A stretch of 64,000 nucleotides of DNA, taken from contig OZ249436.1 in the NCBI GenBank assembly GCA_965235115.1, positions 31,684,001-31,748,000 on the forward strand, in the 5' to 3' direction. Shown piece after piece: positions 12,788 to 25,237 of this stretch. Each line of letters begins with the position of its first letter. Position 1 is the first letter of the stretch. Origin of the DNA: Laetmonice hystrix (Eukaryota). The notes below the pieces were generated by a model, which saw only the letters and a program-made list of their open reading frames with translations, was not told where the DNA came from and ran no database searches. The position numbers and the translations under genes were made by a program.

Positions 12788-13147
12788 GATAAGCGCCTCA
12801 GACTACATAAATCAATAAATGTATATCCACAGAAATGGAGAAATCTAATTAAATTCAACATTACAGTTGCCTGTTGTCGCTATAAAACGATCGGCTTATG
12901 CCTGGTTGTTGACAAAATTAAGTTGACCTGGCATTGAATTAAACAGCCAATGAAATTCATTGGTTCATCACTCGATGAATTTCATTGGCTGTTGAAGTCA
13001 ATGCCAGGCCAACAATTGTTGAATTTCATTAGATTTCTCCATTTCTGTGGATATAAATTAATTGTTGAATTTCATTAGATTTCTCTGTATCTGTAGATAT
13101 ACATTAATTTTATTGATTTATGTACATGTGTAGTCTAAGGCCTTATC
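12788..13147. repeat. Long foldback / palindromic MITE
   Basis: Outer arms GATAAG..CAGACTACA / TGTAGTCT..CTTATC; middle arms TATATCCACAGAAATGGAGAAATCTAAT..TTCAACA and its reverse complement; inner 34-bp arms at 12927-12960 / 12975-13008. Confidence 0.8.
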
Positions 13148-14804
13148 TCACCTAACAGCCTATGATGTCTTCATTTTGGAATCATTGAACTAGGAGATAA
13201 TCATGCATGGCTTTAATAGTCCTTATTTTCCTTCTGTCAACATTTCAAATGTGTCCGATTGAAGTAATTCGTGCAAAAAGAATAAATGTGTAAAAGGTAT
13301 AAAATCCATACAAATATAAAGTAGAAGTCCGATTATACTGCGTGAGTAAAGCATGATAACTACTGATCTCAATGTGTGGACTGATTACAGCCAGTCTCAT
13401 AATCAAAGGATCATGTTGCTTGTTATGGTGAACGTCATGGAAGGCAGATCATCGGCCTTAGAAAGTCGCTGCTGTTTAGCATGAAGAGTTTATTGTATAT
13501 AATGGACAACTTTTTATTAAACACCTGAAAGTATTGACCTTTATTGAAAGGAAGGAGAGCAGGTATTTCTTGATTTAGGTCTTTAGAAAACTGCCAAATT
13601 GACCAGTTAAGTTTTCAGTGTGCAAGATATCGACTACATCGAGAATACAACTTAGACAAGACAACTCTGATAGCCATCAATGTATTTGAGATACAAGCTG
13701 AAAACTACTAAGATGATAATATCTTATTTAGCCGCAAAATGTGTTCATTCCTGTATAGGTGGGAGCCAGTTTTCCTTCTAAGTGATATCATCGGTATTAT
13801 ATTTTCAAGAGTACGTTGAATCATTGTTCTCCTGCAGACTTGTAGTAGCTAAATTCAGTTGACCTTTTGTATTGTTATTGTCAATAAGTGAGTTTTCTAA
13901 CGCCTAGCGTCATTGAGTTCCCTTTAGTGATCGACAGCGGAGATTGTAGTAGTGGTGGGTACAAGGTACATGTAGTACGGAAATATTCTTAAACAAATTA
14001 CAAATGTTATGACCGTACATACCAAGTTGTTTTTAGCTTGCTGCGTCTCCATCGTTATGCACGGTACATGTGCGTTTATTTTTTATAATTTCATTGGGAG
14101 GGGAGATATTCTGGCAAACTGTGTGGTAAAGTTCTTGACAAGGTACAGGATGTGAGAAAGACTTACATGTAATTAACTTGGTGCTTATTGACCAGTGTGA
14201 AATATGGCTTGTCAACACTCTTAATCTCCCAGGTCTGAGAGGGGCTGCATACCTTAAAAATGGGTGCTTATCGGAAGATAATGTGATAAAAACACATTTA
14301 TCAGGGGGCGTGGCATATAGGTTGTGAAAATAATTGTCCGAGCAGCTTATGTATACGGCAAACAACCATTGGCCATTTAATACTGAAGCACCAAACAGAC
14401 TAATAAAACGCTCGATATCAGAAAGTTGCGTAATATTCATCAAATTGCCCAGTAAGTTATAAAGTTTTGCAGCCGACCAGCTATTTATTTTTGTATTTAT
14501 TTATTTCTGAAAGAAAAATGGCAAAGCATCTCTTGCCATGCTAACTAGTCTCCTTATCTTATAAACACGTGCATGTGGTCGTAACAAAACTTCCGAGTTG
14601 ACCTGAATGAAATATTTGTTCACGTTGCGTTGGCCCCTGTTGAATTACTGTGATACGCCCAGTGTGCTGTGTGACAACATTGGTGAAGTGGTGAACTTTG
14701 TTATTGTGTGGTATTGTGTATTTTCAAATTGTGTATTATAAACAAATATTATAAAACTATATTGTTGAGCCACTGAATGTATACATGAATATATACGAAA
14801 ATGA

Positions 14805-14810
14805 AATAAA
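14805..14810 (+). terminator. Candidate polyadenylation signal for the exon A isoform
   Basis: AATAAA with upstream TGTA and downstream GT/T-rich sequence, ~400 bp before the exon B acceptor. Confidence 0.35.
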
Positions 14811-15221
14811 TTTTCAGTGTGTAATTATGTGCGATAGGTTCACGTTCTTCTTGTACAAGCGGGCGTAAGACACGTGTCTCATGAACTTCTTCTTTAGAGG
14901 GTCTCGAAGTCACAAGATAGTAATTCCTTTTGATTTGAGACTTGAGTCGCATTTCATGACCAAGCCATGATATTGGACACCGTTTTTATGACTTTCAAAT
15001 ATTTCGTTTTCTAAAACAACGGATTTTCAATTCATATAGGCTAAGCACCAGTTACACTGTTAACGATAACACTTGAAAGTGAAAGAATCACTCAATGCAT
15101 ATAACTAAACAAGTTTTCGGGATTTTAGCGAGTGACTTGTATAGGCCTATCACACATGGCACATCAGAAATAAATATGGTAGAACTTTGTGTCTAATTCG
15201 TTTTTCCAATATATATTGCAG

Positions 15222-15818
15222 AATTGGGTGATGAATATAATTCAGCGCCAACAGCATCGTGGATCAACGATCTCAGCACATCTTGACGAGCAGCGGACAC
15301 GTGACCGTGATCGCATGCGCAGATATCGTGATCTGTTACGAACAAACACGGGCGAGTACGAGGAACACAAACGGCGGGACCGGGAACGTACGCGCATCTA
15401 CCGGGAAAAACTCAGAACAAATGACCCGGACAAATATGCCGAGATGAATAGAAAAAATGCCGAGCAGCACAGGAAAAAGAGAGAGATATTACGGGCACTT
15501 GCAGCGGCTGAACATACTGTTCACCAAGGGACAACGTTTGCATTGGATTCAGGATATTTCAGTGGGGTCATGGGGATGGGAATGGGCATTGGGATGGACA
15601 ACAATTGGCTGGCCCCAGACCAAATAGGGGGCAACATAGCCACAAACATTGCTACGATGGGTGTGAACGTAAACCCTAGCCTGGCTACCCTGGCGCATAA
15701 TGCAGCAACTCAAGAAGCTGCCGGTAGAATAAACCAGGATCCCCAAGCTTGTCCACTGCCTCCTCACGCAGAGCTGCAGAATCAACCGCAAAGGTTGGAA
15801 GATAATACGGCCACCTAG
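15222..15818 (+). CDS. Alternative terminal exon B (198 aa; repeated basic helical, putative DNA-binding motif)
   Basis: Branch-like GTCTAAT (15191), T-rich tract, TTGCAG| at 15221, phase 0. Encodes ~25-aa repeats RDRDRMRRYRDLLRTNTGEYEEHK / RDRERTRIYREKLRTNDPDKYAEMN / RKNAEQHRKKRE and ends in TAG. Confidence 0.75.
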   Translation, partial: NWVMNIIQRQQHRGSTISAHLDEQRTRDRDRMRRYRDLLRTNTGEYEEHKRRDRERTRIYREKLRTNDPDKYAEMNRKNAEQHRKKREILRALAAAEHTVHQGTTFALDSGYFSGVMGMGMGIGMDNNWLAPDQIGGNIATNIATMGVNVNPSLATLAHNAATQEAAGRINQDPQACPLPPHAELQNQPQRLEDNTAT

Positions 15819-15977
15819 TGTCAGATTATTGCATTCACGAGAGGATATTTCTGGCTCCTAGGCCTATAGGTAGCTGCAAAGAGTAGGGGAACGTTTCAAG
15901 ATGGCAAGCTGATGATTCTGGCCCTAGATCTATATTTCTGGAATAATTCGGCCCCACCTCAGCCTAGTTTATCTTAA

Positions 15978-16576
15978 GGCCAGACTTAATTAATATTTAG
16001 GTTTACGCGCATTTTTCGACAGGTCGGTAGGGAGGGGGGGGGGCAATTGACTTTTTTTTAACCGTCTTATTTACATTGACAATTTAAGGTCGGTAGGTGG
16101 TAAAAAAATGTATGAATGGGAAGAGTTTCTTGAAATAGAACAAACAAATCAAGTCATTTGCAAAATATGTTTAAAATATTATTATTAAAATTAAAAAATT
16201 ATCCCAGCAACAGGCACTGTCGGCGGGGACAAAATAAATAAACTGGTCTTGAATTTTTAATTTTTTTTTTTTCCAAATTTCGGAAATCTATGGTCGGCGG
16301 GCGCGTTAACCGAATTTACACAAATTCTGTTTGTGATATTGCCCAACAGACTATAATGTAGCTCTTTTATAGTCAAGCAATTTCAGCATATAAATATGAT
16401 ATTAAAAAGCCCCCGCAACAGAATATTAAAATTAAAAAATTATCCCAGCAACAGGCACTGTCGGCGGGGACAAAATAAATAAAACTGGTCTTGAATTTAA
16501 TTTATTTTTTTTTCAAATTTCGGAAATCTATGGTCGGCGGGCGCGTAAACCGAACTGCTATTAAAAAAGTCTGGCC
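15978..16576. mobile_element. PIF/Harbinger-like MITE with internal duplication
   Basis: TIR GGCCAGACTT..GGTTTACGCGC / GCGCGTAAACC..AAGTCTGGCC; TAA TSD; a ~135-bp segment is duplicated (~16183-16315, ~16424-16554). Confidence 0.8.
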
Positions 16577-17408
16577 TAAGTAGCCTACATACCTTTTGCT
16601 ATAGTGCGCTAGTGTCACCACGTGGATTTTCTTCTGTGAATATGTACTAAGACGTTATTCGATTCTTCAGTGTATTGCTATATGTACGATGACAAGTGAA
16701 AACTCTGTCAAGTCAGCAGTTAAGGAATTTGTTGAAGCTTTGTTATCACTTTGTTAAGACTGTTTTAATTATTTTGCTATAGGCCTGGCCTAACTTAGGC
16801 CTGATGATATGAGAACTTCCATTTTGGATCGTCGGGGCTATAATTCAATATATGTATTTATTTATCTATTTATCAATTGTATTGAGCACTGTTAGCATTA
16901 AAGCATTCACAGAAAAAAATGTTTTTTTCCGTGAAGGACAAAATGATATACAATCAACGTTTTTTGGTATCTTTTTTTCTTCTTCTAGCTGTATTCCCTA
17001 AATCGCGCAACTGTCTTCCCCCATCCCTTTCTATGTCTCGCCCTTAGGCCCTATATAGAAATGTTGATTGTGATTTTAGAAGCGGTTCAATGTAGTGCGC
17101 TGTTGATAGAGCTCACAAAAGTCATATGTGATCGATCTCATGCGCCGAGTAGCTGTATCAAACTAATAACCGTGACTGCTTGGCGACAGTAGGACGGCTT
17201 GTATCGGAACGGTACTGAACTGAATGAAGGGTCATGAAACATAAAATAATTATAGTAGTACCATAATTAAAATTATTAGCCAAGGAATTTCGGGAGGAGG
17301 GGCCCGGGACCCGCGTAGGCCTATGTATTTGTTTTCAAATATAAATTTTAACGTTGACCCCAGTTATATAAGAGTCCCTTTTTATATTGCCAGTTTCTTA
17401 ATTTTCTT

Positions 17409-17482
17409 CAGTGGCGGATTGGGGGGGGGGCAGGGGGTTTTTGCCCCCTCCCCTCCTTACCAAAATCCTGGATCCGCCCCTG
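17409..17482. mobile_element. Very short MITE (same family as 48530-48642)
   Basis: Termini CAGTGGCGGAT / ATCCGCCCCTG. Confidence 0.6.
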
Positions 17483-18208
17483 TTCCTGTTTGATATTGTT
17501 TTCCACGTTCGACACGGGGTTTGTCCCCCTCGCCCGCCCTTTTTCACAAAACTCCACCTAGAAAGTTGTGGAACGCTAATCACGTACCGTAGGCCTACCA
17601 CTATAACATGTAATAGGCTTATGCTATAGGCTCAGATCTATGCCTACCTCGAAATATTCATCGAATATGGAAACCCCTAGACAAAAACTAATATTCCGTA
17701 CAGATTCAAAACGTCACACGTACCACTTCATACAACTAATACAGTCGAACTTCGTGGAAAGTCACGTGAGGGAATTTCCTTCCAGTTTAAATCCAATAGC
17801 AGTGGAACCACGGCATTTTTTACTTTCTATTGATCACGATTGTCGGTTGTACTGCAGATATAACACGCAGACCCCTGTACATGTGCTGCACCCATCTTTC
17901 AATTCCTGTCAGCGTCCCTATCCCGAGGAGACGCAGCTACGTCATCCCGTCCCACACTGACGGATACAGCGATATTTTTTGCTGTTGACAACCCAGCCCA
18001 AGACCAGGGTGCCCAACAGTTTACACAATACATATTAGAGGAACAAACCTAACACAGCATTATGAGATTACGACCGGCCAACTGTTATCGGGTTTTCTCA
18101 TGTTTTCTCTTGACCCACTTGCACACCCTACATGCACAGACCATAATATCCCGGCTGGTGGCGTCACCTCTTGGTAAAGCACACAATCTGCCTTGTAGTT
18201 TAATACAG

Positions 18209-18681
18209 CAGGGATATATCTAGGATTTCAAGAGGGCATGGCACTCATATCCAGAAAAGGGCACTATAGGCTATGTGTCGAAGAGGCATTTGAACATACA
18301 GTTTTCTAAGGCACAGGGCACAGTCTAGAGATGAATTAACTGCATGTTAATTGATCAGCTCGAGTACAACAATGGTTCTTCTGTGCATCTGATGTCAAAA
18401 TAAAATAACAAATAATTCAAACCTTCCTTCCCCGATGATCTGTGGTTATTCCTCATTAAAATATCTTGCTTCACCAGTAGTATGTATAGTACACTTAAAA
18501 CTGCAGTCAATTCGCAGCAGTCACTGGGCATGTGTGGCGGTATTATAAGGGCACCACCGGCGGATCTTTGGTTGTAAGAAAGGCACAAGTGGCGGCTTTT
18601 GGGGCAAAAAAGGGCATGGATGGCACAGCTGGTTGGGGGCATGGCGGGCGGCCGTTCCAAATTGGCCTAGATATATCCCTG
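18209..18681. mobile_element. MITE
   Basis: Perfect 16-bp TIR CAGGGATATATCTAGG / CCTAGATATATCCCTG; TSD not clear. Confidence 0.7.
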
Positions 18682-18956
18682 AGTTGTATCATCTATATTC
18701 TACGGTCAATTTTAATTTTTATGCAAGTAAAATGACGAGACAAAGGCAAATATTGTAATATATCCAATCTGTATTGTTGTTTCAATGCTTTGTGCACAGA
18801 GCAAAAGACTAGCTTTTATTTTCAGATGTTTCTCACCAGTCCTCGACTACCGCTCGTAATATGTAAGAGTCTTTAAGATATGGAAAGTTTGTGTCTTCGT
18901 CCTGTCCAAGTAGATGCTGACATTGCACCTTGAAAAGCTCAAAATTCTTCCAAGAG

Positions 18957-18988
18957 TTACCAGTGATACTTCACATGACGATGGTACC
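18957..18988 (-). CDS. ATP5MF: ATP synthase subunit f, mitochondrial, exon 4
   Basis: Acceptor TTTTGTCTTGCAG; completes (R)YHRHVKYHW-stop, matching the KYH C-terminus of subunit f. Minus-strand AATAAA at ~18815. Confidence 0.9.
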
Positions 18989-19360
18989 CTGCAAGACAAA
19001 ATAAAAAGTAGAGATCAACGAATATATTAATTAACTACATGCATTGTACATGTATAAATATCTGCAACACAGCATTTGATGCGGTCTGTGGGAGGCATAA
19101 ATTCATGTCAGAAAACCTATAATTCCATTGATCTTCTCCTGAAAAACAAAACGTCAGTGCTTCTTAAGGCATGCACAAGCACCGTACTGTGACTACAATC
19201 AATTGAGGCATGTGGAAGAAAAACTGATGAACCCTGTTAGCAGCCAGTTTTAACGGCATGCATTCAGGACTGGTGTACTCAACACTGCATTAATTAACAG
19301 AAGTAGTACTGCCACAACGTTTACCACACTGGCTCAAATTGGAAAAAAGTTCATATTTAA

Positions 19361-19628
19361 CCCTTTCAAGATGGGCCCCTTGTGGCCGAGACATGCACTA
19401 GTGACGACGTAACAATTGCGTGAATGTGCCGTAAGGACGGGCCAGCGCAGCTAGCACTCAATTGTGACGTTACGTCACAGCGTTGCCCTGTCGCTCTATA
19501 CACAATGGGCTCTGACATAAGTCAAAATGATGCCTCAAGGCATCATCTGGCCCCCGCCCGGAAATGCCTCAGGGCATCATCCGGCCCCCGCCCGGGAATG
19601 CCTCAAGGCATCACCCGTCCTTAATGGG
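19361..19628. mobile_element. piggyBac-like MITE in ATP5MF intron 3
   Basis: TTAA|CCCTTT..GATGGG ... CCCGTC..ATGGG|TTAA. Confidence 0.7.
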
Positions 19629-19671
19629 TTAATAAGTTTGCTCATAAAATATGATTAAAACAATTACTTAC

Positions 19672-19788
19672 TTAGCCCAGCGTACAGATTCAAATAGTAG
19701 AAAACGGACAGACCAAGTGCCAACTGTCCCAGTGGTGCAAACCCTGCCCTCTTGGGTGCTAACCAGGTCTGTACCCAGCGCCAATATC
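19672..19788 (-). CDS. ATP5MF: ATP synthase subunit f, exon 3
   Basis: AG/GT bounded, 117 nt, phase 1-1; (G)YWRWVQTWLAPKRAGFAPLGQLALGLSVFYYLNLYAGL contains the TM helix. Confidence 0.93.
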
Positions 19789-20069
19789 CTGAAGGGGAAA
19801 CATTGATAAACAGATTTTCATTTGAAGTAATTATCATACACACAAAGTGGCGATGGCCGAGTGGGCCTGGCTGGAGGGGAATAGCTGATAGGTTACGCCT
19901 GATGCACAATCAGGAAAGAGTTCTTCTATCTCCACTAGAAAAGTGCACAAAAAGTCTAAGTTGCCTCAGAATTCTTTTCATCATCTCAAATCTCTGTGGA
20001 CAGTAAGTTGAGGTTTGAGTTAGTCCAATGTAGCGCATCCATCCAGTTAACAACAACCTCAATATTTAC

Positions 20070-20168
20070 CTCTGCTGCAAGCACGTGTCATATCAACAGG
20101 GTGGAAGCTTCGGCGGGAGATCCAGGACCCCAGCTCTCCAACCTTGACCTCACTCAGCTTTAGGTCAG
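20070..20168 (-). CDS. ATP5MF: ATP synthase subunit f, exon 2
   Basis: AG/GT bounded, 99 nt; DLKLSEVKVGELGSWISRR..ACSR matches the family VKLGEL.SW motif. Confidence 0.93.
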
Positions 20169-20458
20169 CTGTTGGTAAAGAAAACATACACATTCATCAA
20201 GACACAATGTACAATGTAGTATAGTTATCAGTAACCATCAAGCGATATTAAAAACTGTTCACAGACTGCCAACTGTCCAGGGCCCAGGGTCCGGTTTTTA
20301 AAATAAGCCAAGGCTTACTGGTAAGACTGGGCTTACAGTAAGAGTAAGACTAGGCTTACGTTTCTGTTTTTAAAACACTTTCTAAGCCTGGCTTATGCCA
20401 TGCCTAGGCTTAGCCGTTGTCAAGGCTGGAAAACTGACGTCACAATCGAGACAATGGT

Positions 20459-20879
20459 CAGGGGGGAAATTGGGGGAAATCACCTACTAGCCAGCAGGGC
20501 TAGTTAAGTAGAAATTTAACTAGCCCTGCTCTCAATGAACTAGCCAGCAGGGCGAGTTCAGGTGAAGGGTTACTCGCCCTCCGCGTGACCACTGCCCGGC
20601 CATTCAACCCACAGATATCTGTACAGTCTAAGGTGCTGCCTTGATGGCTCTAGAAGGTCTGGAATGGGGCAACTGGAGAACTTGGAACCTACTGAACATT
20701 CTAAGTTCTCTGCCCGGTTGTATCATGATGACTGCCATTGTGGGGGGAGGCGATTGCAAGAAAAAAATCACTTGCCCAATAATTTTAGACAAATCGCCAG
20801 CAGGGCGACCTGAATGGTCAGACAAGGTCGCCCACCAGAGGTTTAACTCGCCACGGGCGAGCGTTAATTTCCACCCCTG
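20459..20879. mobile_element. Nested MITE, 7-bp TSD
   Basis: Termini CAGGGGGGAAATT / AATTTCCACCCCTG; CAATGGT duplicated (20452-20458, 20880-20886). Confidence 0.75.
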
Positions 20880-21166
20880 CAATGGTGAATCGAACTTCCG
20901 CCATGACCAAAGGCCGTCGATTCCCGAATGTAAACAAACATGATCCTACATAATGTAGCAAAGGAATTACATTATTTATCCTGTAAGTTATGAGTTCTAA
21001 CCTATATAGCCTTATACCGATATGGAAAATGACTGTTAAATGTCAAAAAGTACTTCAAAAATTCGTAGCGGGTCACAAGCGCCACCTAGCGGATTTTTTA
21101 TGCATACGCCCATCGCTAGATTTGTGCGGATCCACGATGTGTGACTGTGAAGGTTGTAAACAAAAG

Positions 21167-21590
21167 CAGGGTCCGCAGCAAATTTCACCAAAAAAATTCA
21201 AGCACTTTTCAAGGACTTTTCAAGGCCATTTTCTCGAATTTCAAGGACATGCACGCGGCAAAATCTGAGCTTGCATGGTCAATTAATAGGACTGTATTTG
21301 ACTTAAGTCATTGCAGATACGTTCCTTGTTCATGCAATACTTTTTGTGCAAAAATAAAATGACGGAGAATAGCCGACGACAGTTGCGAGCAGTCAAATTC
21401 CCTAAGAATTTAAGACTATATCATGCCCCGATTTCGTTACTGCCTCCCTCCCACCAAATTCAAGGATAAAATACAGGAATTCAAGCACTTTTCAAGGTTT
21501 TTATTCAGTTTTCAAGACCCTGTCAAAATTCAAGTACTTTTCAAGCCAGGCCTGAAAATTCAAGCACTTTTCAAGTCGCTGCGCACCCTG
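21167..21590. mobile_element. Nested MITE with TTCAAGCACTTT subterminal repeats
   Basis: Termini CAGGGTCCGCAGC / GCTGCGCACCCTG; flanks AAAAG / AAACG. Confidence 0.7.
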
Positions 21591-21870
21591 AAACGTCAAT
21601 CTCGCCATGGAATGACAATGTATTTACCGTTACTTATCAGTTCTACAGTTTATAACATCCTTACAATGTGAAGTATTCTTAGTAAGAGTTCAAAGCTACT
21701 TTTAGAGCAAAAAGATGCCTTAAATCGGCACGGAGTCGGCACAGGCTTAGGGCTCGTAAAACAACTCCTTCCCTGGCTTATAAGCCTGAGCCTGGCTTAC
21801 AAGCCTCAATAATCAATTGCATGTTTTAAAAACACAACATGTAAGACTGGGCTTAATCTTACCCTAGTTT

Positions 21871-23659
21871 CAGGGCTCGAAAAATCACGTGCCCGCGTGC
21901 ACCTAAATTTTTATCAGGGCACCAGAAAAACGGATTCTGTCATGAAAGAACGTGCCCAGACGGGCACCTTCAAATGATTCAGGCCATTACACATAGGCCT
22001 ACGTACAGTGACTACATGTAATCACGACAGTCAGACTTTCATGGCTTGCTATCATACCCTCCTCCATACCAAATTTGTCCTCTATCTTGTTGTTATCACA
22101 ATTCACCCTTGCAGAAGTTTAAGAAAAATACAGTAGACAAAATAGACTCACCCTTAGCATGACATTATCAATTTAACTCAGAATGGCCGGGCACCAACTC
22201 AAAATGGCCAGTGGTGATGAAAAGTGCCGGACTGCCGGACATTGCCGGCAATTTTTACTGATGTCCGATGTGAGGCATAATAACATCTGACAGATTGTCC
22301 GGTGTTATCAGATGGTCATGATGTTGGTAACCAGTACTCAAGGTCCATGAGAAAGGTGGCAGCCTCACAGTCGGTGGTCTGTCAGGCTGCCGCCTGGCCC
22401 TGACCGGGTGTTATGTAAGGGTAGCTGATAAGGGCAGGTGGTGGTGACTCCCTCATTCCTCCTAGTCAGGGTTGGTTTGGAGGATCCTTGTGCTCAGAAG
22501 AGAGCTACTTGAACTAGCTGGGCCTTGTATAACTGTCTACTATATATATTTTCTTGAATCTTCTATTGGAGGAGAGCGGAATAAAACAATACTCTGATTA
22601 TAGGTTGGCCAGCTGCCCTTGGTTTAGTGAGCCAGCAGGTTGGGTTGGATAGCATTCACACCCATTGGCATTATCTTTGTATGACACTGGGATGGGAATG
22701 AGCTGCTTGATGTACGTGTGTTGTTAAAATGCTAAGAAAGGGGAGTATTAATCCATGAGGAGTATCATAGTTTGCAATGACAAAGGGCAACTTACTGAAT
22801 TCATAGTTTGATATATTTATTCTTGGTTGAAAAAGTCCAGAATTTGAAAATGTGCCCAACCTAACATTATGGGCTGGCTAAGGGCCCGTAACTCCCTCAT
22901 CAAGCACAAACCCTATAGGAATTATTTTCAAAGTTGAAAAATTGGGCAATAAATTGAAAAATAAATTAAGGGCCTGATCAAACTTGTAAGGGCCTGCTAA
23001 AAGTGTCTAACGGCCTGCTAAAATCTTTTTGACTGCCTGTTCAGATTTTGGCTAACTTCGTGTCCTATGGTTCCATGAATTGCAAATGTGTTCCAGAGTA
23101 TATTTCAATGTTTTTCCATCAATAAATCTGTCACTATTACTTTGATTATTTCAACTCACTGTTACTTTGATTATTTCAACAGAGCTATTTTCCTGAAGAA
23201 ATATGGATCGTATCAGAAAAATGTGACTGATTGATATATCGTAACGCGTAATTTGAATGATACACAGGCCAACCGTCTGTAAACATGTCTGGTTACTTTT
23301 TGTATTTTTAACTCCAGTAATTAGTACGGATCTAAAATTGGATATCAAACGCAGAGAAAGAACCACAAAACGGGAACGTTTTAAAAATGAAAGTCTAATA
23401 AGGCTATACTTGTATTACAAAACAATATATTTGTTTATTGTCTGCGAAATGAAAAAATGTCAGGTGTTAAAGCCATTTTACATGTGACAAAAATGTCTGA
23501 TGTAAAACAAAAATATCAGATGTAACGCTCTTTTACATCTGACACTTTGTCAGATGTAGAAAAAAACTTTTCATCACCACTGAATGGCCGGGCACCAAGA
23601 ATTTCAAGATGGGGAAAAACTAGGTGCCCGGCAGCCTTCAGAAAATTTTTCAAGCCCTG
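21871..23659. mobile_element. Nested element, 5-bp TSD
   Basis: Termini CAGGGCTCGAAAAAT / ATTTTTCAAGCCCTG; TSD AGTTT. Confidence 0.8.
22209..23582. mobile_element. Third-level nested element, 6-bp TSD
   Basis: Perfect TIR CAGTGGTGATGAAAAGT / ACTTTTCATCACCACTG; TSD AATGGC. Confidence 0.8.
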
Positions 23660-25237
23660 AGTTTACGAGTAAGCCAGGCTCAATCTTATTTTAAAAACCG
23701 GACCCAGTTCGTGTTACCACCTGAGCAAAGTTGCTTATGCTGTTATCAGGTTTCGCCTTGCCCACACATGTACACTCAGTTTTATACCACCTTATTGTTG
23801 GTCATTCCCATTTAAAAGGTATTACATACATGAGTTTTATTTGCGGCCACTGTTACAGTAGGGTCATACTGATCAAGGCTTTCATAAACACTAGAGGTGC
23901 CCCTACATGCCCGACTTTTCTAACCAGATTTTATGACATTTATGCTACCGGGAATGCAGCCAAATTGCATCTGCATGATCATCATGCAGATGCAATTTGG
24001 CTGCATGATTCTTACAGACTCGTTTTCTATCCTGCTATTTTAGATCAATCTGATACATCCTATTTTCGCATGCTGAACATGCATTTCCGACGTTGAGAAA
24101 AACGATACGGCTTAAATCCAATTATGTCACTCGTACACGGTACAGGCAAACAACTTGCTATGCGACCAAAAAAAGCTCAGTGGACAGTCCCAAAGGTGAT
24201 TGCTAAGCGGGTTGCTACTGTACTGTAACTGTACATACCATGTAGTTGGTTTTGCTGTGTGAAGTAAATGGAAATTTCCAGTGGAAATCCATAACGCCAA
24301 ATTACGATTTATGGCCAAAATAGAGTATATCATGCCGATTTCAGGAGCTCAGCGCTCGACAAATCACATTTTGAACCAGTTGTCCATGAGCTACCGGGTA
24401 CCACTTTCTGTGAGAGAGTTATAATTAGTGAACGCCAGATTGCCGATATTACTGGCTAAATTAACGTTACTGAAACACCTGCCAGAGAGCGCTCATGCAA
24501 TGGGGGCCCATTTCACTAAGATTGGCGATCGCCGATTTTGGGGAATAACATTTTCGCCAAATCCGGTGACCGTGGCAATGACTTGTTCAGGCTGTTTCAC
24601 TTACAAATGGCGGCCGTAAACAAACTCGGGACAAAACTCTGAAAATTCTACAGCTGTGAAATTCAATAATTAGTTTGTTAGGATATTCCTCACGCTAAAC
24701 ATGCTATAACGAGCTTGATTTGGTCATGGTGGGACGTGCTGTGACGGCTCGTCAGCAAAATCACCGATTTTGCAAGAATATTTGGCGAAAATTCTTAGTA
24801 AAGCACCTCTCCTTCGCTAATATCGCCTGACCAGGGGCAAGGGGCGCTGGTCTTGCTGGGTATTTATGACGTCATAGTTATAGATTTCTAGAAATTGTCA
24901 GTGACAGTGTCACAGACATTAACTTGTCTACTCAGTACAATCATTGCCTTGACGCAACAGACAAGAAAAGGTCTAGATCTACATCTGAACCGACCAATGA
25001 AGGAGTCTCATGCTTTATTCATACGTACTATCTATGTTCTATGTTTGATCATCTAACTTTTGTTCACCATCCACGAGTTTGACTTTGTTGACCTTGTAAG
25101 TTGTAATCACAGGACCGATCACAGACGGTCACTCTAACGTCGTTAGCTGGTTAGGCCTGCCCTAGGCTAGGTTTGAAAGACAAGTACATCATTGCAGACT
25201 ACTTTAGTTTAGTTGTAAAGATGGTAAAGATACCTAC

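Larger units (their letters stand above)
20288..23704. mobile_element. Outer Harbinger-like element hosting nested insertions (ATP5MF intron 1)
   Basis: TIR GGTCCGGTTTTTAAAATAAG / CTTATTTTAAAAACCGGACC; 3-bp CAG flanks; GTAAGAC/GGCTTA subterminal repeats. Confidence 0.8.

Noticed and set aside
12398..12937. 179-aa ORF as a further variable exon
   Set aside because: The best acceptor (12491) is out of phase with the 8551 donor, the ORF runs into a foldback repeat, and it has no recognisable motif.
14033..14443. Minus-strand ORF as a trans-spliced variable exon
   Set aside because: No convincing acceptor or domain features.
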